From an uncultured Nitrososphaeraceae archaeon (lineage in GTDB: Archaea > Thermoproteota > Nitrososphaeria > Nitrososphaerales > Nitrososphaeraceae): DNA of 64,000 bases. Under the pieces are notes generated by a model. The model had not been told where the DNA came from. It ran no database searches and saw nothing but the letters and a program-made list of their open reading frames with translations. The stretch is from NCBI GenBank assembly GCA_963765895.1, contig CAVXZB010000088.1, positions 32,001 through 96,000 of the forward strand, read 5' to 3'. Position 1 is the stretch's first letter; the number at the start of each line of letters is the position of its first letter. Of the stretch, positions 11,111 to 23,006 are shown in pieces. The position numbers and the translations under genes were made by a program.

Positions 11111-11443
11111 ATGTCGGGATTATCAGATTTATCACTTCAAGTCGGAGTCGGAGGCTTCGAATGGGTAATTATTATTGTTATCGTTGTAGTGCTTATTTTC
11201 GGCGTAAAGAAAATTCCTGAACTTGCCAGATCTTTTGGCAAAGCATCGTCTGAATATCAAAAGGCAAAGATTGAAGCAAAGAATGAGCTACGGAGGGTAA
11301 AAACTAAGGATGTGGAAGATGTAGGAAGAGAAAAACTTGAATCAATAGCTGAAACCCTGGGCATAGACTATACAAACAAGAACGACGAGGAACTAAGGAT
11401 TGCTATCGATGCTGAAATCAATAGGAGTAAGAACCAACCTTGA
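11111..11443 (+). CDS. tatA: Twin-arginine translocase TatA/E subunit
   Basis: EW-hydrophobic helix-FG-KKIPELARSFGKA. Confidence 0.92.
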   Translation: MSGLSDLSLQVGVGGFEWVIIIVIVVVLIFGVKKIPELARSFGKASSEYQKAKIEAKNELRRVKTKDVEDVGREKLESIAETLGIDYTNKNDEELRIAIDAEINRSKNQP

Positions 11444-11548
11444 AATACATAATTCTATTCTATCCAAGGATTTCGTGCCTTACAATCTAGCTTGAAGTAT
11501 TAATTTTTAATAAGGATTGGACTGAATCAGATTACGTGAAAAAATTAT

Positions 11549-12700
11549 TTAATAACGCTTCAAGGTATTATAAAAATTATCCCTTTCCAAAGGTTCGTAA
11601 CCAATTTGCTTTATAGAATTTATGATTTTGTTAGATGTTAGTTCTGTTGATCTTGCCCCAGTTGCACTCACTACTTCTTCTCCAATGAGCGTACCTCCAA
11701 AATCATCAGCGCCGTAATATAATGCAAGTTGAGCCATGCCTATTCCGTTTGTCAACCAAGAAGATTGCAAATGATCAATTAAACCGAAATATGCTATTCT
11801 TGAAACAGCAATCATCTTTAATAAATTAAGCCCACCTGAGGAATATCGAATATGACCCTCGGATTGCATCTCGGTCGCGTTAGGTTCGAAACTCCAAGGT
11901 ATAAAGGCCATAAACCCGTTAGTTTTTTCTTGTAATTCTGCAATCTTCATAATATGTCTAGCCTGTTGTTCTTCGTTTTCAACCGTACCGTACATCATCG
12001 TTGCTGAAGATTTCAATCCGAGCATATGTGCTTCCTTCATAATTCTCAGCCATTCATCACTCTTGATTTTAAGAGGACTAATATCTGCTTTAACATCATC
12101 GTCAAGAATTTCTGCTCCTGCCCCCGGTAACGAATCTAATCCAGATGCCTTGAGTCTAGCAAGAACTTCCTTTATACTACTTCTTTCGATCTTGGCAATC
12201 ATATCTATCTCAGACGGCGATAATCCGTGGATAGATATTTTTGAAGATTTCTTTATTGCACTAAAGACACTTTCGTAGTACTCTAACCTTAAACTCGGAT
12301 TATGTCCCCCTTGAATTAGCACCTGAGTAGTACCAAGTGTTCGTGCGGATGTCAAAACTCTTTTCAGTATTTCTTCTTTAGATAGAGTGTAGGTATCTTT
12401 GTGTCCAGGAGGTCTATAAAACGCACAAAATTTACAATAAGTTACACATACATTTGTATAATTTAGTATAATATTATTAATGAAAGAGGCCGTATTTCCA
12501 AATAATCTTTGTCTCAACAAATTAGCTATTGCTCCTAACCCGACTGCATCAGTGGATTTAATTAATCGAATGCATTCCTTTGTTCCAATTCGCTGGCCTC
12601 GAAGTGTGTTTTCTACGATATCACCGATGTCGGACTTCATGATTAAATCTTGCGCTAGGCCGATATTTCTCAATACTAGTACATTGCTCAATTGGGTCAT
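11549..12700 (-). CDS. mqnC: Cyclic dehypoxanthine futalosine synthase (radical SAM, CofH/MqnC family)
   Basis: NYTNVCVTYCKFCAF, IQGGHNP, PGAGAEIL, LQSSWLT, GADDFGGT; start may instead be at 12640. Confidence 0.8.
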   Translation of the reverse strand: MTQLSNVLVLRNIGLAQDLIMKSDIGDIVENTLRGQRIGTKECIRLIKSTDAVGLGAIANLLRQRLFGNTASFINNIILNYTNVCVTYCKFCAFYRPPGHKDTYTLSKEEILKRVLTSARTLGTTQVLIQGGHNPSLRLEYYESVFSAIKKSSKISIHGLSPSEIDMIAKIERSSIKEVLARLKASGLDSLPGAGAEILDDDVKADISPLKIKSDEWLRIMKEAHMLGLKSSATMMYGTVENEEQQARHIMKIAELQEKTNGFMAFIPWSFEPNATEMQSEGHIRYSSGGLNLLKMIAVSRIAYFGLIDHLQSSWLTNGIGMAQLALYYGADDFGGTLIGEEVVSATGARSTELTSNKIINSIKQIGYEPLERDNFYNTLKRY

Positions 12701-12776
12701 ACTATTTAATTCTTACAAACCGGTGAGCACGCCAACGAGTAACATATATGTTGTATTTAGATTGTTAAATCATAGT

Positions 12777-13883
12777 TTGCTCAGTAATATTCAAGGCGCA
12801 ACCAATGCGCTGGAAAGAGCCCTAGCGGGGGAAGAGCTATCTTTCCAGGATGGGTTGCAGTTAATAAGAGAAGAGAACCTGTTCTCTCTTGCTCGCCGCT
12901 GATATGGCCCGCAACAAAACTTGCGGAAACACTGTTACGTTTACCTCTTCGTATTACTTGAATTACACGAATGTTTGTGCTGGCAAGCTGTCCACTATGC
13001 GCATTCTATCGAAAAGGTGATGAAGATGATGCATACACCCTAACTATCGAACAGATTGTGACTAGAGCTGGAATAGCAGTCAAACAGATGGGGGCCAAAG
13101 AACTTCATATTGTTGGAGGTTTTCATCCTAAGCTTGGACTAGGGTATTACGAAGCCATGATGAAGGCAATTAAAATGAATTATCCTGATGTAACAATCAA
13201 GGCGCTAACCCCCGCAGAAATCTTCTTCATTGCAAAATTAACAAGAAATTCGGTTAAGGAAGTACTGTTGAGGCTAAAAGATGCAGGATTAGATACTCTG
13301 CCTGGTGGGGGAGCTGAGATTTTCGGCGCTGGATCTAGGGACAGGATCGTTAGAGGAAAATGTTCAGGCGAAGAATGGCTTAACACAGCTCAACAAGCAC
13401 ATGAATTAGGATTGACGAGCAACTCTACTATGCTCTTTGGCCATATTGAGAAATTAGAAGATATTGTCGATCACGTCTTGAAAATAAGGGAACTTCATAA
13501 GAAAACAAATGGCTTTAATACCTTTATTCCATTGAAGTTTAGCCTTGACAACACTGAATTGGAACAAAATGGAACCATAACTATGGAAAGTCCATCAACA
13601 TATGATTTGAGAATTATTGCGGTATCAAGGTTGCTCCTCTCTAATGTACTAAATAACATCTCGATATATTGGGTTGCATTAGGAAAAAAATTGGCCCAGG
13701 TTGCGTTATCTTATGGTGGTAACGATCTAGTTGGAACAGCATTTTCTGAAGAAATTTTCAAAGCAAGTGGAAAGGGTGCTCGCAACGTCAATAGAGGAAC
13801 TAATTAATTTGATTAGAGAAGTAAAGAAGGAGCCCGCTCTGAGGGATTCCTACTTTAATATCATAAAGAAATTTACTTTGTAG
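12777..13883 (+). CDS. mqnE: Aminofutalosine synthase (radical SAM), interrupted by three apparent frameshifts (~12891, ~12981, ~13775)
   Basis: Reconstructed LERALAGEELSFQDG / AADMARNKTCGNTVTF..LNYTNVC / ASCPLCAF, HIVGGFHP, PGGGAEIF, YWVALG, GGNDLVGT / TSIEELINLIRE..RDSYFN*. Confidence 0.8.
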
Positions 13884-13992
13884 TCCTGCATGTCCGATAC
13901 TTCGAACGAATTTTGTAAGGAATGGCGGTTCTATCTTAAATTAAAGACATTTTGTAATTATGGTAAATCATAATTCCATATTAATAAATTCA

Positions 13993-14319
13993 TTATTTTT
14001 TATTCTTGGTTTCCTTGTTAGTTGTACCCCAAACCGTAGTAATGGTGTTTTCCAACGGAATCGGAGTGATGTTATCTACTGGCTGCAGGGATAATAGCGA
14101 TTTATTAGTCTCTTCTAATTGCTTCCTAGTTCTAAGCTTATCCTTATACTTCAAATTTCGTGGCTTTGTTCTCAGTCTATAGCCACAGCAAGGACACCAC
14201 AATCCAACCCAGTTGATGAATATTTCACAAATTTGGCATCGCCTCTGTCCTAAAGCGTAGCGGCCAGAGCCAACTGGTTTTTGTGCCTTGTGACGTATAC
14301 ATATGCCTTTACAAGTCAT
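13993..14319 (-). CDS. Cys-rich zinc-ribbon hypothetical protein
   Basis: CKGIC, RCQICEIF, WCPCCGYRLR. Confidence 0.8.
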   Translation of the reverse strand: MTCKGICIRHKAQKPVGSGRYALGQRRCQICEIFINWVGLWCPCCGYRLRTKPRNLKYKDKLRTRKQLEETNKSLLSLQPVDNITPIPLENTITTVWGTTNKETKNKK

Positions 14320-14647
14320 TTTACAACATTATTACACCATACTTAATTTTATACTTTTAGTAAATATATTAGAAAATTTCTAATCGAATGCTTATCAGAA
14401 ATTTTCTTAATTTATGCCATCTTTCCGAATTTTTGGATACTGTTTCATATAGTAGTTCTTACCACATGATTTTATCCAAAAACGGCAATATTATTGATTT
14501 GTCCAATACTGAAGCAGGGAATGCTCTGAATACTCTATACAATTTTTTATATCAATCCTCGGTTACATCCTCTGGCCTTCTCATGTTTAATTCCAAGCAA
14601 TCTTATAATAAGATCTAATTACGCCGGTCAATTTGCCTACATTCTCG

Positions 14648-15691
14648 TTATGTTTTTGCTACCTTGAGCATGTTCGTCAACCTAATTTCCATACCGTATC
14701 GTTCCTCCTCGTTTTTCATGTGTTTATATATTTTAATAAGTTCAGGCCAGTGCTTTAATATATTAAATTTTCCTAGAATTTTTAATTGTATAAATCTATA
14801 GACAGATGTATAAATACGAAATTTTTTTATAACAGCATTTCTGTAGCCCTGTAAATCGTTAATGTGTCTGAAAAGTAGCTCTGCACACCAAGTAGCAGGA
14901 ATGATCCCCTCGCCTAAAAGTGCATAGACAGTGCCTATAGATTCACCTACACCAACGGATTTCTTACCGTCCGTAAAAGGTTCACAATACGCAGGAGGAC
15001 TAATTCTTACGGGCCTTCCAACCTTTTTCAGAACCTCGCATTTGTACTTGCTTAAAAAAAATTCAACAAACTGGTTGCTCTGTTTCCGTTCAAAATCTCC
15101 TGCGCCTATATGGGCGTATCCATTACCTAAAGGAAAGAACCAGAAATAACCATTCATGGAAGGGAATGCTTTTAAATAAAAATCATCATATGGTGTCTTG
15201 CCTGATTCATATTTTACTTTATACTGAATACATGGGATCCACATTTCGTCTTTTAGCTTCGGTAGATAGTTCCGATGAAATCCTGTAGAATCAATAATTA
15301 GATCGAAGTCAGACTCCAAATTCTCTTTCTTAGGTACTTTACCGAATTCGATTTTCGTACCTTTAATCATATCTTGAATTAACTTTAGTTTGTCGTAAAC
15401 TACCATTCCTTTAAGTTGAATATCAATTGATTTATTATAGCCAAGGTCTCGTCTATTATCGAAATCTACATGCATATGTTTTCCTTTATGCATTACATAT
15501 GTTTCGAAATTCAACCCACATTCCTTGGTCATAGTAGACATTACGTTTTGACATGTTGCCCAGGCACATACTGCGTCATGTTGGTTTTCCGGCAGCCTCT
15601 CGAAACCTGCAACATAATTCCCAGACACATTGCTCAGCCTATTCATAAGGTATGCGCCGGCAACCCCTATGCCAACAACGGCAATCTTCAT
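14648..15691 (-). CDS. FAD-dependent oxidoreductase (geranylgeranyl reductase-like)
   Basis: MKIAVVGIGVAG, GYFWFFP, VGESIG..GEGI. Confidence 0.8.
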   Translation of the reverse strand: MKIAVVGIGVAGAYLMNRLSNVSGNYVAGFERLPENQHDAVCAWATCQNVMSTMTKECGLNFETYVMHKGKHMHVDFDNRRDLGYNKSIDIQLKGMVVYDKLKLIQDMIKGTKIEFGKVPKKENLESDFDLIIDSTGFHRNYLPKLKDEMWIPCIQYKVKYESGKTPYDDFYLKAFPSMNGYFWFFPLGNGYAHIGAGDFERKQSNQFVEFFLSKYKCEVLKKVGRPVRISPPAYCEPFTDGKKSVGVGESIGTVYALLGEGIIPATWCAELLFRHINDLQGYRNAVIKKFRIYTSVYRFIQLKILGKFNILKHWPELIKIYKHMKNEEERYGMEIRLTNMLKVAKT

Positions 15692-15919
15692 TCGAGTCGT
15701 ATTAAGATAAACTCCAAATAAAAACATTGCAAACTTAAAAGATCAAATAAAAAAGGGATAATCACTCAGATCGCAACAGTAAAAGTAGAAACATGCTATG
15801 CCCTTCAAGTAAATAACATACATACATAATGATAATTACCAATTTTTAATTCCCCTAAAAGTGTCGCACACGATCGGTTTGTACTTATAACCATCCTGCC
15901 TATACTATATCGACAGGAA

Positions 15920-16132
15920 TTGTCATCGTCGAACACTAATAAGAAAGTAAAACGGATGCCGGGATCTGCCCGTATGGGCTTGACGCTGCTGTTAATAGGA
16001 GCAATTTTAGTTGGAGTAGGAACATACGTTAATAGAGGGGCAATCTCCCTTTATGGTCTGACCCTTGTTATCATAGGATTCTCTACATATATGATCTCGT
16101 CGATAATAGTGTCTAAAAGAAAAAGGAATTAA
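15920..16132 (+). CDS. Small two-TM membrane protein
   Basis: Two hydrophobic helices with basic termini. Confidence 0.65.
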   Translation: MSSSNTNKKVKRMPGSARMGLTLLLIGAILVGVGTYVNRGAISLYGLTLVIIGFSTYMISSIIVSKRKRN

Positions 16133-16147
16133 TTAAGCTCGCAATAT

Positions 16148-19132
16148 CTATTCTTGGATATAAATAGCTGGTTTAAAAGGCCTGGCAAATTTGGCTTTTG
16201 ACTTGGGATCATGTTTGTGTAAATTGATATCGTCTTCCGAATATATTTGGATCTCAGTTTGTGCATTTCCAATTTCAGAACATATCAGAGTTTCAGCATC
16301 CTTAATTATTGGGATTTCATCATAACTCATGAGACTGACTCGCCTATCTCTGACCTCCATAGTATCGGATAAGATGTCATCTATAATCTTCTTTATGAGG
16401 TTAGGATCGGTCTTAGCTTTCATGGTAGAAGGATCGTTGACCAACTGTCTCATTATATCTCCGAAATTGGTCTTGTGTTCAAGAACTATGTTTTTTATAA
16501 TTTTTTGATAGATCGAAGTTTTCCATTGTGCAGCTACATAAATAATAATGTTCGACGGTTTTATTTTCGTAACTTTGATAATGGTTTGAATATCAGAAAT
16601 AAGATTTATGACTAGATGTTCTGCCTCTTCTGCAACTTGATCTAACTTGCTAGCGTCTACTACTGGCCATCCTCCAAAAATAATTGAGGTCGAATTACCA
16701 ATCTTTTCCCAAACATCCTCCGAAATGAATGGAGCAAATGGGGAAAGCATCCTAATCCGAGCATTCAAGAAACTGAGTACACAGGGTGAAGTTGAAGTGT
16801 TCTGTCTTCTTTTGGCATAGGCTCTCTTTTTATGCCATTGTAGGTCCTGATCCAGCGAATAAAGTAAAATGTGCAAGGCTTCCCTCATCCTTAACTTATT
16901 TAAACAAACGGTTATCTCCGCAATGGCTTTTTGTAATCTACTATCTAGCCATCTGTCCTCTAACTCGTTTGATTTTTCATTCTTCATCTGTATTACCATT
17001 TTTGAGGTCAAGGATTCAATTGTCATATGGTACACATCGATCAATTTGGACTTGATCCCTTCAAGCGCATCGAAATTAAAATCAGCATCCTGCAGGAGTT
17101 CTGCTGAGATAAGCATCGCAATACGTATGGCGTCGGCACCGTGCTCCTTAATGGCTGCGCGTAATGGCACAATATTACCTAGCGATTTTGACATTTTCTT
17201 ACCCTGCATTAACACCGACCCATTGACTACAATCTGAACAGGCCACTTTGCACGTTCAAAAATTGCAATATGATTAAAGATAAAAAATGAAAGATGATTA
17301 GCAACTAGATCTCTTCCCGAATGTCTTGTATCTACTGGATAGAAGTAACAAAATTCAGCTCTTAGAGCTTCCACCAAATTTGTAGACATGTTGCAGTCCC
17401 CAGCTACAATGTCGCTCTTTCCTTTCCCAAGTAATATATAATCAAAAAAAGAATCGTTAACCTGATTAGGATCAAGCTTTTGCGTATTACTAAGGTTTGA
17501 ATTATATTTTGCAATTATGTAATATGCCATATAGATTACCGAATCAGAAAGACTTTCAATAATCCAACTAGTATCCCATGGCAATTTGGTTCCGAGACCT
17601 GACTTTCTAGCGCAGGCCCTTTCCCTCAACCAGTCAATCACATGGTTGAATTCTTGCCTTATATCCTCAGGAACTATATCCATCTTATTGACGCATTCAT
17701 GAGCTAGGGTTTTCCATTTTTGATCTCCGTAATTTATAAACCATTGATCACTCAAAATCTTCACGATACATTCAGCACCACATCTACACTTAACAGGTCG
17801 ACTTGTCAGCTCAATCATTGTATCTGCAATACCTTTCGTGACTAATTCGTTCTTTATCATATCTTTCGCTTCTGCTACTGGCATTCCTACGTACTTGCCA
17901 GTATTTGATCTCATTTTCCCTTTGTAAAACTCTTGCAAATACAATTCGTTGGTTGCCTCTTCTAGCTTTTTGTCTGACTGGTTCACTATTTGATATTTCC
18001 TTATAAGTTCTAGTGCGGGGAATAGTTCAATATCTTGGGACTCACCGGAGCTAATAATAGATATCGGATTTACTATCTTACCAAGGTTAAAGTTATTCAG
18101 AATTGAATTATTGGTTTTCAAATCAGCCAACGCTTGATAATCATAGGGAGCATGGCCAGGAACTGACATTACTGTCCCTGTTCCATTGTCAGATTTTACG
18201 AATGATGCAGGATAAATTGGTATTAGCTTATTCGTAATAGGGTTCTTGACATATTTGCCAACTAATTCCTTGCCGCTTAATGTAGTATGTATCGAGATCT
18301 TGCGATTTAGATATTCAAGTTTCCTTACGGCCTCAGTGCTAACAATCCATTTTTCGCCTATATCGTCAAGTGATATTAGGAAGTATTTTATTTCCGGATT
18401 GAGCCAAAGATTTGTGACACCATATATGGTCTCAGGTCTTAAAGTTGCAGCCGGAAGAAAATAATAATTACCATCAAATTCTAGTGGGAATTTTATTAAT
18501 ATATACTCATTAAACTCAGGCTCTACATCGCCTATAGTATCATGTTGACTAACTGGATTCTGATCGTTAGGACACCATCCAACTGGATGTGACCCTTGCA
18601 CAATTAGTCCCTTGCTCTTCAATAATCTAAATTGCCAAGATATAAACTTTGAATAAAGCTCATCAACTGTAGTAAACTCACATCTCCAATCAATAGAGTA
18701 GCCCATTTCCTCCATTCCCTGTTTGATTTCAGCATGAAAATATCTTGCGATATCGACTGGGTTAACGAAACTTTGTATTACATCGTCTGAAATATTGTAG
18801 ACCTTGCGAAAAGTATCTATCAACTCTTTGTCTTGTGAAGCAACTCTCCTAGACATTGCAAGTATCGGTGTCCCAGTATAATGGAAGCCCATAGGAAATA
18901 AAACGTTGTACCCCTTCATTCTCATGTACCGGGCGTGAGCATCTGCAAGAGTATATGTTCTTCCATGTCCAATGTGTTGTGGAGAATTTGGGTATGGATA
19001 AGCAACAGTAACAAAGTATTTTTTTCTTGTCGGGTCAATGTTGGCCTGAAATATTTTTTCAATTTTCCACTTATCAGTCCACTTCTTTTCTAGAATATTC
19101 CAATCCAAATGGGTGGCCCTACGATTATTCAT
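16148..19132 (-). CDS. leuS: Leucine--tRNA ligase (archaeal type)
   Basis: AYPYPNSPQHIGH (HIGH), ATLRPET editing domain, KMSKS. Confidence 0.97.
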   Translation of the reverse strand: MNNRRATHLDWNILEKKWTDKWKIEKIFQANIDPTRKKYFVTVAYPYPNSPQHIGHGRTYTLADAHARYMRMKGYNVLFPMGFHYTGTPILAMSRRVASQDKELIDTFRKVYNISDDVIQSFVNPVDIARYFHAEIKQGMEEMGYSIDWRCEFTTVDELYSKFISWQFRLLKSKGLIVQGSHPVGWCPNDQNPVSQHDTIGDVEPEFNEYILIKFPLEFDGNYYFLPAATLRPETIYGVTNLWLNPEIKYFLISLDDIGEKWIVSTEAVRKLEYLNRKISIHTTLSGKELVGKYVKNPITNKLIPIYPASFVKSDNGTGTVMSVPGHAPYDYQALADLKTNNSILNNFNLGKIVNPISIISSGESQDIELFPALELIRKYQIVNQSDKKLEEATNELYLQEFYKGKMRSNTGKYVGMPVAEAKDMIKNELVTKGIADTMIELTSRPVKCRCGAECIVKILSDQWFINYGDQKWKTLAHECVNKMDIVPEDIRQEFNHVIDWLRERACARKSGLGTKLPWDTSWIIESLSDSVIYMAYYIIAKYNSNLSNTQKLDPNQVNDSFFDYILLGKGKSDIVAGDCNMSTNLVEALRAEFCYFYPVDTRHSGRDLVANHLSFFIFNHIAIFERAKWPVQIVVNGSVLMQGKKMSKSLGNIVPLRAAIKEHGADAIRIAMLISAELLQDADFNFDALEGIKSKLIDVYHMTIESLTSKMVIQMKNEKSNELEDRWLDSRLQKAIAEITVCLNKLRMREALHILLYSLDQDLQWHKKRAYAKRRQNTSTSPCVLSFLNARIRMLSPFAPFISEDVWEKIGNSTSIIFGGWPVVDASKLDQVAEEAEHLVINLISDIQTIIKVTKIKPSNIIIYVAAQWKTSIYQKIIKNIVLEHKTNFGDIMRQLVNDPSTMKAKTDPNLIKKIIDDILSDTMEVRDRRVSLMSYDEIPIIKDAETLICSEIGNAQTEIQIYSEDDINLHKHDPKSKAKFARPFKPAIYIQE

Positions 19133-19150
19133 CCCAATTACCCTTTGCTT

Positions 19151-21900
19151 TCAGTACCGACTAAACTCCTTGATCACTAATTCTTCGACTGATTTAAGAG
19201 AATCACCTATCTTGTCCTTAAATCTACCGCCCCCCTGACCAAATCTTTCGTTACCTCTTCCTGAGCCGCCAAGTTCTATCGAAAGCTGTTTGGCAATAAT
19301 ACCTGCGTGAATCTTCTTCCTCACATACTCTCCTGCAAAGACTATTACGCGTAATCCTTGATCTCTTGAAATTAAAGCTACATAGATCAGGTAGGGATCT
19401 AATTCAATTGACTTTTCCCCAACCGCGATATGATAATCTTCATCAAGTTCTTCGTCATATATGCTATAAACTTTGATATTTCCTTTAGGCAGAAGCCTTG
19501 CTGTATTCGAAATAAATGCCGCAACATGCGGCGAAATTTTTCGAAGTATAGTCTTGATCCTTTTCTTGGTAGTTTCTGTTTCATAAATCATTTTTTGAAG
19601 TGATTCAACTACCTTCTCCTTACTGGAACCTAAAGATTGAGATATAGAAGCAAGCTGACTTTCTTGTTTCTGTATATAGTTTAGGGCAGCCTCCCCAGGC
19701 AGCAAATTCCAATCTAATAATTCCATCTTGTATCCTTTCAGATTTTATAATCTTAATGATACCTATGTCTCCTGTATTCCTTACGTGTGTTCCCCCACAA
19801 GCCTCAATATCCCAATTGTTAATATTTACAATCCTAACAGAATTAGAAGGCACAACTCCGCCTTGATAAATTCTAAACGTATAGTACTGTTCTGCGTTAC
19901 CTCGACTGTATGTATTAATGACAACTGGCAAGTTTTGTCGAACCATATAGTTCGCTTTTCTTTCTATTTCCCATATTTCTTCTTTGTTCAAGGCAGAATG
20001 ATGCGTAATATCAAGCCTACCATAGCCTTCCTCTTTAAATGCAGAATTTTGCCAAACCCATGATCCAAGAGGTACTTCTGGCGGAGGAATTCAGAATATG
20101 AGTCGCTGTATGATGTTTAGTAATAGATTCCCGTCTTCTGTCATTAACTATTCCATCAATGGTTTGTCCCTCGACAAAATCGGATCTATTTTGTAATTTG
20201 TGAATGATGACATCACCTTGTTTTATCGTTTCAATCACATTTATTCCGCCCAGCATGCCAGTATCTGGTTCCTGTCCTCCACCTCGAGGATAAAATGCGG
20301 TTTGATCCAATATAACGTCCCTGTCATCGATAATTTTAGTAATTTTTGCGCGAAACTCACGCATTGACATATCTTCATAATAAAGGGCCCTAGTAGGAAC
20401 AATTCCTGATAAACTGTAAGTTTTCTTATGTGTCTGGGCTATATTCTGTTCCGTATGCAGATCTGCAAGCCGAGTGTAAAATGTGGATGGAATCTTGTCA
20501 ATAGCCCCAACTCTTTCGAGAAAATCAGGTGTGATGCCATCTGACTCGTACATCCTAATCAGATCGTCTACTGACAACTGCTTATTTACATTCTTGATAG
20601 AAGTAGCAATAGCCTGCATCCTCTCGTTAGATCCCACATATCTATCAGATTCGATTTGCAAAATTGTTCTTACGTCATCTTTATGTTCCTCAAGCTCAGG
20701 ATACATCTGTTTTAAATAATCAATATGTAAATCTATAACATCTTCAAGCTTAATATTCCATCCCATTTTCTCCAATATTGAAATTGCTCTTCTTAGAATT
20801 ACTCGTAAATTATACCCGCCACCAACATTTGATGGTAGAGCTCCATCCGCTATTGCAAACAGCAAGGTACGTGTATGGTCTGCAATCGTGTATATTGCCT
20901 CAAATGGAGAAATGATTCTAGAAAGTTCATCTCTCGAAATACTGAAAGATTTCGCGATAAATGTCTTCAATGTATTAACATCATTAATTTGCTCACCAAG
21001 TCTACCGGACATAGCAGTAAAATATCTTGACAGCATTTCTGGATCTTTGCTAATACCTAATCTATTGACCAATCCTTGTACGACCGGCCCAAATGCACAA
21101 TCATAACTCGTAGGTGTTCCCATAGTTATCCACGAAAGACGTTCGAGGCCTGCTCCCATATCGATTATTTTGTTATCCATCACATGATAGCTATTCTCAT
21201 TGCCTTCGAATTCTGTAAAAACAGCATTGCCAAGTTCGAGACCATTTACATAATATTCTAGTGAATACCCAAACGCACCAGCACCTAGCCATACATCTTC
21301 TACAAAAACGATCTCATGAGAAAGAATTCCGAGTCTATTAGTTAACATTTCGTAATCTAATTCGATACATCGATCCTTCCAATATCCGCCATCGGCATCC
21401 GCATTACATGTCTGTCCGATCATACAAAAGCCGGTATAGTGCCTACCGGTGAGACCCACGTTTTCGATGTCGTTGAACCGTAAACTCATTTGAGGTACTA
21501 GGAGTGGATTAGCTGGCAGTTCGAAAACAACCTTATTCTCCATGATTCTTTGAAAGTCGACGATAGACGCAATCGTGAAATACAAATCATCGCGCCATCT
21601 GCATACTACAGGATATCTCCTAATTATCGAATGATTATTAGACTTGAAAAAGAATTCAATTTCTTTCCAAGTATTAACATAATCGAGTCTCCTAGTTGTA
21701 GGAGGCTTACCTATGAAACTGTAGTATTCATGATCCGGGCAAAATTCACGCTCTATTAATGACCAGAAAAATTTAGTACACTTGCTGCATTTCTGGCGCT
21801 TGAATCCCTTTTTCTCAAATAGATTAACCTTGTAATATCTTTCGTAATCAGAACCAAACAAAGTGGCAAGTTCCTTTTTTCCCAATACTTGGCATCCCAA
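19151..21900 (-). CDS. alaS: Alanine--tRNA ligase, split into three ORFs by two single-base insertions (~20075, ~19697)
   Basis: RWRDDLYFTIASI, GLELGN, DMGAGLER, IADHTR, HHTATH / LGSWVWQNSA..RLDITH, EACGGTH / GSGRG..FGQGGG; removing one base at each site restores one ORF. Confidence 0.93.
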
Positions 21901-22005
21901 TCAGAGACAATATTAATGCTTTTACCAATTAATGAGGCTCCAGAATAGATTCCATACGATCATGCTTTGAGCCTCAAATGTACTTTTTTTTATATATCAT
22001 TATTA

Positions 22006-22992
22006 AGAACCCATCCTAAAAATAGATAGAGTATAGCTTGTGAGGGTTTTGCTCATAAGTGACGCTTATGATAAAGTCAAGTATCTTCCAACTGTCAAAA
22101 GAATCTCTGATGTGTTATGGAATGGGGGTAGGTTGTTGTTACTTCCATCAGAAATACCGAATAATTCCATAGGACGTCCAGCAGCAGTAGTATCATTTAG
22201 GAAGGTATTCGATGGCATTGTGTATGTTTTTTGGAATGTCTTAAGAACTGGATGTTAATGCCAATGGAAAATAGATGTTGCCAAAGGAGTATGGTTCAGG
22301 TTCGACATGTCATAGAAGATTTCAGCAATGGTCAATATAAGATATTTGAGAGATTATGGACTAGATATGCTAAAAAAAGTGTATGATGCTAAAGTAGGAG
22401 TTCAATGGAAATGACAATCACTTGATAGTAGTAGTATGTCGGTAAAGGCATCTCTAGGCAGAAATGACTGATTGGACCTAATCCTACAGACAGAGGTAAG
22501 ATAGTTAGGAACAAAACATCATCCTGTATTAATAACCGATGGACAAGGTATTTCCATTATCTGTTTTGTTTGTTGTTGTTATAACTGCGATTAATACGCA
22601 TGATGATATGAACGGCTGCTATAAACACGCTGGATAATAATACCGTAGTTAAAAGTTCGTCTAGGACATATAAATAAAAACAATATCCGAATCTTTATCT
22701 ATCTTGATAAAGGATACGACTTTCAAACGATCGTAGTATACGAACCAATAAAGGATATCCACCACATATTTGACATAGAGGAGAACAATCAGTTACGAAG
22801 ATTAATGGTGGTAATAATCATTGCCATCCTGCTAGAAGAAGATTGGTTGTAGAAAGGAACCAACTCTTGGCATAACAGGTTCAGAAAACTTTTGGTTAGG
22901 TATGAGAAGAAGTTAGAAAGCCATTTTGCGTTGGTAGGCGTATGTTTAGGCTCTATTATTATCTATAGGAGAATAATTTCTGGATAGGCTCT
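22006..22992 (+). mobile_element. Degraded IS5-family insertion sequence (IS427/IS1031-like transposase pseudogene)
   Basis: Fragments GRPA..FRKVFDGI, LRTGC, QW, LPKEYGSGSTCHRRFQQW, SLDS, LDKGYD, VVER, SWHNRFRKLLVRYEKK with many stops and frameshifts; imperfect TIRs AGAACCCATCCTAAAAAT / reverse complement AGAGCCTATCCAGAAAT flanked by TA. Confidence 0.85.
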
Positions 22993-23006
22993 TAGTCAGA
23001 TCAAAT

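Noticed and set aside
12777-13883. mqnE as a true pseudogene
   Set aside because: No in-frame stops once three short indels are corrected and all motifs are intact; probable sequencing errors.
19151-21900. Naturally split AlaRS or programmed frameshifting
   Set aside because: Each break is repaired by removing one base (ACCT>ACT, GCCT>GCT), with no slippery heptamer. Similar short indels hit mqnE, sat, HxlR and 1712-1938, so assembly error is the simplest explanation; check raw reads.
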